This document shows, in pieces, positions 56,583 through 64,000 of a stretch of DNA of 64,000 nt. The notes below the pieces were generated by a model that had not been told where the DNA came from, made no database searches, and saw only the letters and a list, made by a program, of their open reading frames with translations. Source of the stretch: a virus; IMG/VR virus record IMGVR_UViG_3300042197_002234, positions 1 through 64,000 of that record; one strand, written 5' to 3'. Both the position numbers and the translations under genes were made by a program. How positions within the stretch are numbered: the stretch's first letter is position 1; each line of letters starts with the position of its first letter.

Positions 56583-57344
56583 ATGGATGGAAAAACAAGA
56601 AAAAAAATTATTTCAGAATACAAGAAAGGTAAAAGTAGTTTAGATATTGTTAAAATAGTTAAACTATCAAAACCAACAATTCTTAAAGTTTTAAATGAAG
56701 AGGGATTAGTTAGAAAAAGAGATAGGTGTTCTAAATTAAAGATAGATAAGGTTGGTAAGAATTATGTTGTTAATAGAACTTGTCCAAAATGCGGTAAGTT
56801 TATTAAAACAAAATCTAAGGATAAGATAATCGCTTGTAGAAATCATTTTAACAAACTGAATAATTCTTCATTATGTAAACCATGTTCTTTAAAATTACAG
56901 GTGGGTGAGGGAAATCCTTTTTACGGTAAAAAACATACTAAAGATAGTTTGATAAAAATGACTAAAACTTTAACAAATTCACCAAGAAAATTTAGTTCAT
57001 CATCAAAACCTGAAAAAGTTATATATAATATTTTAAAAGAATTAAATTATTCCGTAAAAAAATCATACCGAATTGATAGGTATATTTGTGATATATTCAT
57101 AGAAAAGTTAAATCTAATTATAGAATATAATGGTGATTACTGGCATTGTAATCCAAAAAAATATGACAGAAATTATATACATCCACATAAAAAAAAGACG
57201 GCATATAAAATTTGGGAAGAAGACAATATTAGGATTGATAATTTAAGGAATATGGGTTATACTTTAATTGTTATATGGGAATCGGAATTTGATTCCATTA
57301 ACACAATTAAAAGTATATTAAAAGAATATGACACAAAAGATTAA
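56583..57344 (+). mobile_element. Free-standing homing endonuclease (HTH + Zn ribbon + NUMOD3 + DUF559/Vsr-like nuclease)
   Basis: CPKC...CKPC, GEGNPFYGKKHT (NUMOD3), CDIF...IIEYNGDYWH, GYTLIVIWESE. Confidence 0.8.
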
Positions 57345-58548
57345 CGTATTAGTTCTCCCAAGCGACAAAACTGGGTGTGGTAAGTTTAGGTCCGTAGAAC
57401 CTCACATCTTCTTACAAAATCTTTATCCAAATGATTTTCATGTTGATATAGATTATGAACCAAAAATAAACGATATAAACTATTGGAAGAAATACCAAAT
57501 AGTTCATGTGCATAGAAGTATTGGGAGTAACTATGACGCATCACCAGCAATAATTAAAGGTTTAAAACAATTAGGTATTCAGGTTGTTGTTGATATTGAT
57601 GATTATTGGTTACCCACCAAAGAACATCCAATACATCAATTAATTGTTAAAGAACAAATTGATAAAAAAATTATTGCAAATTTAAAAGAAGCGTCATATG
57701 TAACAACAACTACTAATTTATTTGCCAACGAAATAAAAAAAATAAACAAAAATGTTGTTGTATTTCCAAACGCCATTAATCCAAACGAAGGTCAGTTTAA
57801 TCAAAAAACAGAATCTTCAGATAAGATTAGAGTTGGTTGGTTAGGTGGGTCATCTCACTTACATGATTTAAAACTATTAGAAGGTTTTATATCAAAAAAC
57901 GGTTCAGAATTAAATAACAAATTACAATATGTTATTTGTGGGTTTGATACTAGAGGTGTTGTAACTGAAATAAATCCACAAACAGGAGAACAAAGAAGAA
58001 GAGATATTTTACCACACGAGACCGTATGGGCGAGATACGAAGAAATATTTACAGACAACTACAGAATTGTTGACGATAACTATAAAAATTTCTTACTTCA
58101 ATATAAAGAAGAAGAATATAAGAGTACTGAAGAATTACCTTATGTTCGTGTTTGGACAAAACCAGTTACATCATACGCCATGAACTATTCTAAATTTGAC
58201 ATTTCATTAGCACCTATTAAAAACCACATGTTTAACAGAATGAAATCTCAACTTAAAGTAATTGAAGCTGGTTTCTATAAAAAAGCGTTAATCGCGTCAG
58301 ATATTGGTCCGTATACTATTGATTTAAAACACTGTTTGAAAAATGGTGAATTTGTTGACGGTAATGCGATGTTAGTGTCTGAAAATAGAAATCATAGTGA
58401 TTGGGCTAAATTTATTAAAAGATTAGTTAATAACCCAAACCTAATTACTGACATGGGTGAACGTCTTTACGAAACAGTTAAAAATAAATACGACCTTTCT
58501 ATTGTGTCTAAAAATAGAGCAGAATTTTACAAAACAATAATTAAATAA
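57328..58548 (+). CDS. GT4-like glycosyltransferase
   Basis: DIDDYW, VGWLGGSSHLHDL, DISLAP...FNRMKSQLKVIEAG. Confidence 0.85.
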   Translation: MTQKINVLVLPSDKTGCGKFRSVEPHIFLQNLYPNDFHVDIDYEPKINDINYWKKYQIVHVHRSIGSNYDASPAIIKGLKQLGIQVVVDIDDYWLPTKEHPIHQLIVKEQIDKKIIANLKEASYVTTTTNLFANEIKKINKNVVVFPNAINPNEGQFNQKTESSDKIRVGWLGGSSHLHDLKLLEGFISKNGSELNNKLQYVICGFDTRGVVTEINPQTGEQRRRDILPHETVWARYEEIFTDNYRIVDDNYKNFLLQYKEEEYKSTEELPYVRVWTKPVTSYAMNYSKFDISLAPIKNHMFNRMKSQLKVIEAGFYKKALIASDIGPYTIDLKHCLKNGEFVDGNAMLVSENRNHSDWAKFIKRLVNNPNLITDMGERLYETVKNKYDLSIVSKNRAEFYKTIIK

Positions 58549-58550
58549 TC

Positions 58551-59282
58551 ATGATTAATATTCCAATTACTAAAATTTTATTTTTGGACATTGAGACCGT
58601 TGGTAGGTGTCCTGACTATGAATCTTGTCAAAAATTTAGTCCTGAAATTGCGGACCAATTTGAAAAGTATTACGATTGGTTTCAAAAAAGATTTCCAGAA
58701 GACCATTTAACGACACCTAAAAACATTAAAGAATCTGAAACAAAAAAAGATGAAGTTTTTAGAAAAAGAGCGGCTTTAGTACCTGAATTTGCAAAAATAG
58801 TTTGCGTGTCAATGGCTTTCGTTATGGATAGTGGTGATATCAAAAAACAAACATTTTCAGGTGACGATGAGAAAAAATTGTTAACCGATGTTAGAAATCT
58901 TCTTGACCGTTGTCATAAATTGGATTTCTTTTTGTGTGGACATAATTTAAAAAACTTTGATATCCCTATGTTAGCTAAACGTATGATAATTAACGGTATT
59001 ATGCCGTCAAAGATTCTTCCATCCTATGATACCAAGCCTTGGGAGGTTAAAGCTATTGATACAAAAGAAATTTGGCAATACGGTGCTTACAGTTCTATAG
59101 GGTCTCTTGATTTAGTTTGTTCCACTATGGGAATTCCAACACCAAAAGAAGGTGAAGTTACAGGGGCGACAGTTCATGAGTCATATTGGGAAAAACAAAT
59201 GTTATCAAAAATTGCGGAATATTGTGAAAAGGATGTTGAGGTTTTAATTGATTTTATAAAAAAATTAAAGGATTTAAAATGA
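58551..59282 (+). CDS. PolB-related 3'-5' exonuclease (DEDD, DnaQ-like)
   Basis: FLDIET, GHNLKNFDIP, YCEKDV. Confidence 0.85.
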   Translation: MINIPITKILFLDIETVGRCPDYESCQKFSPEIADQFEKYYDWFQKRFPEDHLTTPKNIKESETKKDEVFRKRAALVPEFAKIVCVSMAFVMDSGDIKKQTFSGDDEKKLLTDVRNLLDRCHKLDFFLCGHNLKNFDIPMLAKRMIINGIMPSKILPSYDTKPWEVKAIDTKEIWQYGAYSSIGSLDLVCSTMGIPTPKEGEVTGATVHESYWEKQMLSKIAEYCEKDVEVLIDFIKKLKDLK

Positions 59283-59890
59283 TAGATAAATTAAAAGATT
59301 TAGGGTCTTTAAAAGACATGGCCGACAAATTAGAGCAAATGCTTAAAGAAAATAATGCGGATGAGTTAAGTTTAGATAAAATTTACGATGAGTTTGGTTT
59401 AGACATTAAAAAACTTGATGAAGATATGAGGAACTATAAACCTAAACTTTATTTAGGTTTTACAAAACTACATCCTGATGCTTTTACCCCTAAGTACAAC
59501 TATTCATCTGACTCAGGATTTGATTTACATTCAGTTGAGGATGTAACTATAGGTCCTTTTGGTAGAGCTTTGGTACCAACAGGATTATCTTTCGATATTA
59601 AAGACGGGTATGAAATTCAAGTACGCTCAAAAAGCGGTTTAGCGATTAACCAAGGACTCATGGTTTTAAATTCACCAGGTACTGTTGATAACGGGTATAC
59701 TGGTGAAGTAAAAGTTATAGTATTTAATACTAACAATAATGAAGTTAACATAACTAAAGGTATGAAAATTGCTCAAGCCGTTTTATGTCCTGTGGTTAAC
59801 GGTGGATGGGTTGATTTAGAAGAAAACGATACTGTAGAAAACAAAGATAGAGGAAATAAAGGATTTGGTTCAACTGGAATATTTGCATGA
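59279..59890 (+). CDS. dut: dUTPase (trimeric)
   Basis: SGFDL, RSKSGLA, GTVDNGYTGE, KIAQ, RGNKGFGSTG. Confidence 0.97.
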   Translation: MIDKLKDLGSLKDMADKLEQMLKENNADELSLDKIYDEFGLDIKKLDEDMRNYKPKLYLGFTKLHPDAFTPKYNYSSDSGFDLHSVEDVTIGPFGRALVPTGLSFDIKDGYEIQVRSKSGLAINQGLMVLNSPGTVDNGYTGEVKVIVFNTNNNEVNITKGMKIAQAVLCPVVNGGWVDLEENDTVENKDRGNKGFGSTGIFA

Positions 59891-61401
59891 TAACAATAAT
59901 TTACTCAACACACAAAGATGAAAATTACAATAACAAATTTAGACAACATTTGTTAAAAACTGTTGGGTTAAAAAATGTGCAAATATTACAGTATATTAAT
60001 CATAATCAATACAGTTTATCTGAATTATATAATAAAGGAATTGAAGAATCTGAGTTTGATATTGTTGTTTGTTGTCACAATGATATTAAACTTGACAATG
60101 GTTGGGGTAAAAAATTATTTAGGGATTTTGAAAATAACCCTAATTATGCTATTATAGGTAAAGCGGGTTCGTGTTATTTTCCTGAATCAGGAATATATTG
60201 GGAAAGAATGGGTCAGACCATGGTAGGTCAAGTTTATCACCAACCTGAAGGCGTTAAAAAATGGTTGAGTCCTTATTCATCTAAATTTTCGTTTTTGATT
60301 CCTGTTGTCACGATAGATGGTTTATTCATATCTTTTAACAAAACAAAAATTAAACACGGATTTGATGAAACTATTGGTAAGTTTCATTTTTATGACCATC
60401 CATTCTGTTTATCAAATTATTTGGATGGTGTTAATATAGGTGTGACAAGTTCATTTGAAATAACTCACGAATCTGTTGGTAGACCAAATGAAGAGTTTTT
60501 TAAATCAAAAGAAAAATTTTTAGAAAAATACGGTAAAAATTTACCTTTGGATTTACCACCAACAGAAATATACTTTGAGGTTTCAAAAGAAAAACCAATC
60601 AAAAAAATAGGTAAAATAGCGATTATAATACCAACAAAAGGTAAAATTGAAATGTTGTTTGATTGCGTAAACTCATTTTATGAACACTGTAATCCTGAGT
60701 TATTTGATATTTTTATTGCGGATACGGGTTCATCTGAAAGTGAAAAAGAATGGATTAAATCTAATATTCTCAATTTAGGTAATATTAAACTACTCGAGTA
60801 TGATTACTACAATTTTGCAAAAATAAATAATGACGTTGTAAAAAATCATATTGATAACAAATACGAATTTTTATTATTTTGTAATAATGATATTAAAATT
60901 ATTAATAATGTTATTTATGAAATGTTAAAAGTTTACCAAACAAATCATAGAGTAGGCACTGTGGGTGCTAGATTACATTTTAAAAATAATACAGTACAAC
61001 ATAGCGGTATTGTTATATTTTATTCTAATAAAACAAAAGAAATTGGTATTAATCATTTAGGTATAAATTCTTATTATAATTATAATAAGAATGTTAATGA
61101 GGTTATTGGGAATACTGCGGCTCTTTTAATGATTAAGAAATATTTATTTTTAAAATCAGGTATGTTTAATGAAAGTTACATTGGTTGTTTTGAGGATGTC
61201 GAATTAAATTTAAAATGTGTTATTTTGGGATATAAGAATTATTTTGCAGGTAACGCGGTTTCATATCATTATGAATCACAAACAAGAAATGAAGATGATG
61301 AAAATTTAAAAAAACAAAAATATGATTATAATAATGTTTTACTTCCTTTTATAATTGAAAATTTAGAAAAAATAAAAAAAAATATAAAAATAATGAATTA
61401 A
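59887..61401 (+). CDS. Tandem GT2 glycosyltransferase
   Basis: Two GT-A domains (CCHND...FDE..FHFYD and FCNND...FNESY...EDVEL). Confidence 0.85.
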   Translation: MITIIYSTHKDENYNNKFRQHLLKTVGLKNVQILQYINHNQYSLSELYNKGIEESEFDIVVCCHNDIKLDNGWGKKLFRDFENNPNYAIIGKAGSCYFPESGIYWERMGQTMVGQVYHQPEGVKKWLSPYSSKFSFLIPVVTIDGLFISFNKTKIKHGFDETIGKFHFYDHPFCLSNYLDGVNIGVTSSFEITHESVGRPNEEFFKSKEKFLEKYGKNLPLDLPPTEIYFEVSKEKPIKKIGKIAIIIPTKGKIEMLFDCVNSFYEHCNPELFDIFIADTGSSESEKEWIKSNILNLGNIKLLEYDYYNFAKINNDVVKNHIDNKYEFLLFCNNDIKIINNVIYEMLKVYQTNHRVGTVGARLHFKNNTVQHSGIVIFYSNKTKEIGINHLGINSYYNYNKNVNEVIGNTAALLMIKKYLFLKSGMFNESYIGCFEDVELNLKCVILGYKNYFAGNAVSYHYESQTRNEDDENLKKQKYDYNNVLLPFIIENLEKIKKNIKIMN

Positions 61402-61412
61402 TACACAATAAA

Positions 61413-62066
61413 ATGGCACAAGGAGTACACAAAATAACAGAGGACTTTGAGAGGAAGTTGTCTGAGTACACGGGAGCGAAATATGTCGTAACTGTCGATA
61501 ATCAAAGTAATGCACTATTTTTAGCACTGTATTACGAAAATCACATTAAAAATAGTATCGGAGAGAGTGTTATTATACCCTCAAGAACTTACCCATCAGT
61601 ACCTTGCGAAATTATCCATGCAGGACTTGAGGTTAAATTTTACCCTGTTAGTGGTGAAACAATTAAAGGTGCTTATCAGTTATTAGGTAGTAATGTTTAT
61701 GATTCGGCACTTAGATTCACTTCAAATATGTATATACCTGAAACTCATATGTGCGTTTCATTCACTGGTCCATACAAACATTTAAAATTAGGTAAGGGTG
61801 GGGCTATATTAACAGATAGTGAAGATGCTTATAAATGGTTTAAAAAAGCAAGATTTAGTGGTAGAGATGAATGTAGTTATCATGATGATAATTTTGATAT
61901 TAATCCTGTTGTTGGTTGGAATTTCTACATGATGCCAGAAATATCCGCGAGAGGTTTATTATTAATTTCTCAATTTTATGATAGTAATGGGAATCCAAAA
62001 CATAATGAGGATTTAGAATTACCATACCCTGATTTATCAAAATTTCAAATCTATAATTCTAATTAA
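61413..62066 (+). CDS. DegT/DnrJ/EryC1/StrS-type PLP aminotransferase, short form
   Basis: ALFLAL, PSRTYPSV, SFTGPYKHLKLGKGGAILTD, VGWNFYM. Only 217 aa. Confidence 0.8.
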   Translation: MAQGVHKITEDFERKLSEYTGAKYVVTVDNQSNALFLALYYENHIKNSIGESVIIPSRTYPSVPCEIIHAGLEVKFYPVSGETIKGAYQLLGSNVYDSALRFTSNMYIPETHMCVSFTGPYKHLKLGKGGAILTDSEDAYKWFKKARFSGRDECSYHDDNFDINPVVGWNFYMMPEISARGLLLISQFYDSNGNPKHNEDLELPYPDLSKFQIYNSN

Positions 62067-62068
62067 AA

Positions 62069-62194
62069 ATGAAACCAAAAATTTTATGTGTTCTTAATGT
62101 TTTCATGAATTACGAACATTATGAATGGAAAAAAAATAATCAGTGGGTACTTACCGCACATAGAAAAGAGACAAAATTTAATCAAGTGATATGA
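62069..62194 (+). CDS. Possible 41-aa peptide
   Basis: MKPKILCVLNVFMNYEH... fills the gap exactly and its stop overlaps the next ATG. Confidence 0.3.
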   Translation: MKPKILCVLNVFMNYEHYEWKKNNQWVLTAHRKETKFNQVI

Positions 62195-62859
62195 AAGTAG
62201 CGATAATGCAACCTTATTTTTTCCCCTATATTGGATATTTTCAACTAATTAAAAGTGTTGATGTTTATATTAACTTAGACCACGTTTCATTTATGAAACG
62301 CAGTTACATGACAAGAAATGAATTAAAAAATAAAACAAGTATAAATTTGAATGTAACTAAAGGAAGTCAAAATAAAAGTTGTATTGAAACATTTGTTAAT
62401 GTTGATGAAGATTATATTAATAAATTCAAAAAAACTTTATATCATTTATACGGTAAGACATCCCATTATGACGAAATTATAAATGAAATTATTAATCCGT
62501 GTTTTACAGTTGGAAATGTAAATATTTCCACGTTCAATTTGAAAGTATTAAAAAAAATTTGTTCTTTTTTAGAAATAAACACAAAAATTGTTGATTCATC
62601 ATTCGGTATGACAGAAAGAAAAAAAGGTGATGGTATTATCGACATTATAAAGAAATTTAATTCTACCGAATACATTAACGCTATTGGGGGTAAAAAATTA
62701 TACAACAAAGAATACTTTAAAAACAATGGAATTAATTTATATTTTATAGAAATGTTAGACGTAAATTTTGAAAATCCGTATTCATCAATACTTGACTTAT
62801 TATTCACGTACGAAAAAAAACACATAATTCAAAATTTAGACAAGTATAAATTGACATGA
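62191..62859 (+). CDS. wbqC: WbqC-family protein
   Basis: VAIMQPYFFPYIGYFQLI, YINAIGG..LY, SILDLLF. Confidence 0.9.
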   Translation: MKVAIMQPYFFPYIGYFQLIKSVDVYINLDHVSFMKRSYMTRNELKNKTSINLNVTKGSQNKSCIETFVNVDEDYINKFKKTLYHLYGKTSHYDEIINEIINPCFTVGNVNISTFNLKVLKKICSFLEINTKIVDSSFGMTERKKGDGIIDIIKKFNSTEYINAIGGKKLYNKEYFKNNGINLYFIEMLDVNFENPYSSILDLLFTYEKKHIIQNLDKYKLT

Positions 62860-63470
62860 AATATTTGGAAATAGCTAAACATTATCAAGAATGTTTTAAA
62901 AAACACGGTGACAATAATTTTGGTGTTGATTGGCCAAACTTCGAAGATACTTTAACTAGACATCAAATTATGTTTGAAATTACCAAACATACGGACAATA
63001 ATATTTCTTTTTTAGATTTTGGATGTGGTTTAGGACATTTTAAAGAATGGCTAAATAAAAATTCACAGTCAAATATTAACTATTTTGGGTTAGACATTAA
63101 TAAAGACTTTACCGATTTATGTCAAAAAAAATTTCCTGACTCTAAATTTTATTGTAAAGACATTTTAATTGATGACAAAATACCTAATTTTGATTACATT
63201 ATATGTAATGGTACTTTTACAGAAAAAAGAAATTTAACTCAACTTGAAATGATGAGTTATTTTCAAGAAATAATTAAAAAACTATGGAATAAATGTGATA
63301 AAGGGATTTCATTTAATCTTATGTCGAAATACGTAGATTGGGAAAGAGAAGATTTATTTCATGTTTCATTAGATGAACTTAGTTGGTTTTTAACAAAAAA
63401 TTTATCAAGAAATTTTGTATATAGAAACGACTATAAATTATACGAATTTACAACATATGTCTATAAATAA
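62856..63470 (+). CDS. Class I SAM methyltransferase
   Basis: FLDFGCGLG, YFGLDI, FDYIICNGTF. Confidence 0.9.
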   Translation: MKYLEIAKHYQECFKKHGDNNFGVDWPNFEDTLTRHQIMFEITKHTDNNISFLDFGCGLGHFKEWLNKNSQSNINYFGLDINKDFTDLCQKKFPDSKFYCKDILIDDKIPNFDYIICNGTFTEKRNLTQLEMMSYFQEIIKKLWNKCDKGISFNLMSKYVDWEREDLFHVSLDELSWFLTKNLSRNFVYRNDYKLYEFTTYVYK

Positions 63471-64000
63471 AAAAGTAATAATTTTTGGAGTTAAAGATTT
63501 GGCCGAATTAGCACATTATTATTTAACAAATGACAGCGATTATGAAGTCATTGCATTCACAATAAATAAAAGTTATTTAAATTCAACAATATTTATCCCA
63601 AAAGGGTCGGATACTGAATATCCTGTTGTTGAATTTGAAACCATCGAAAAAATTTATCCTCCAACTGAATATAGTTTATTTGCACCAATGACAGGTGTAA
63701 ATATGAACCAATCAAGAAAAAAAATATTTGAAGATGGTAAAAGTAAAGGGTACCAGTTTATATCTTATATTTCATCAAAATCGACCAGTTTTAATAATAA
63801 AATAGGTGAAAATTGTTTTATATTAGAAGATAATACTTTACAACCTTTTACAGAAATTGGTAATAATGTTGTTATGTGGAGCGGTAATCACATTGGTCAC
63901 CATGGTAAAATTGAAGACCATGTTTTTTTCACATCCCATGTCGTGTTATCAGGTCATTGTCACGTTAAAGAAAGAGCTTGGTTTGGTGTCAATTCTACAA
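63457..64000 (+). CDS. NeuD/PglD-like hexapeptide acetyltransferase (truncated by the window end)
   Basis: Not in the track. Hand-translated MSINKKVIIFGVKDLAELAHYYL...IGENCFILEDNTLQPFTEIGNNVVMWSGNHIGHHGKIEDH. Confidence 0.85.
   Translation, partial: MSINKKVIIFGVKDLAELAHYYLTNDSDYEVIAFTINKSYLNSTIFIPKGSDTEYPVVEFETIEKIYPPTEYSLFAPMTGVNMNQSRKKIFEDGKSKGYQFISYISSKSTSFNNKIGENCFILEDNTLQPFTEIGNNVVMWSGNHIGHHGKIEDHVFFTSHVVLSGHCHVKERAWFGVNST

Noticed and set aside
4038-62825. Short track ORFs overlapping long genes (e.g. 4038, 4110, 7003, 13341, 18290, 38787, 54290, 62466)
   Set aside because: They lie antisense or out of frame within well-supported genes and show no recognisable motifs.
1-64000. Origin as a giant eukaryotic virus or a bacterial contractile injection locus
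   Set aside because: PolB, collagen-like repeats and GTs recall NCLDVs, but sheath, tube, neck and tape-measure genes show a tailed phage. Polymerase, helicase, dUTPase and neck genes argue against a simple eCIS.
1-64000. Stop-codon recoding, tRNAs, introns or inteins
   Set aside because: Genes are full length in the standard code, with TAA, TAG and TGA all used as stops. No tRNA-like sequence was seen in the short intergenic gaps, and PolB and helicase motifs are uninterrupted.

Overview
About 64 kb of AT-rich DNA (roughly 30% GC by eye) from a large T4-like contractile-tailed phage (Caudoviricetes). It uses the standard genetic code. Shine-Dalgarno sites are generally absent, which suggests a Bacteroidota host (inference only). 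Left part: a tail module on the minus strand (sheath, tube, assembly chaperone with a probable +1 frameshift extension, tape measure, and a >1550-aa baseplate/tube-like protein with an OmpA-like insert that runs off the window and is missing from the ORF track), plus neck proteins, an SNF2 helicase, an Mn-type SOD fused to a nuclease-like domain, and a family B DNA polymerase. From 23.5 kb onward about 20 glycan genes (GT2, GT4, GT9, GT25-like, HtrL, GT60/Gnt1-like, methyltransferases, HldE-type heptose kinase, DegT/WbqC/NeuD-like) are interleaved with virion-type proteins carrying Thr/Pro/Ser mucin-like tracts. The best candidate for an undescribed system is a phage-encoded protein O-glycosylation (virion glycocalyx) machinery. 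A GT4 fused to an Aah/TibC-type protein O-heptosyltransferase sits two genes from a 3343-aa protein made of about 950 Gly-X-Y triplets in which X and Y are almost all Ser or Thr. Both loci carry the same upstream TATTTAT motif as the sheath, tube and neck genes. All family calls come from motif recognition by eye; no database searches were run.
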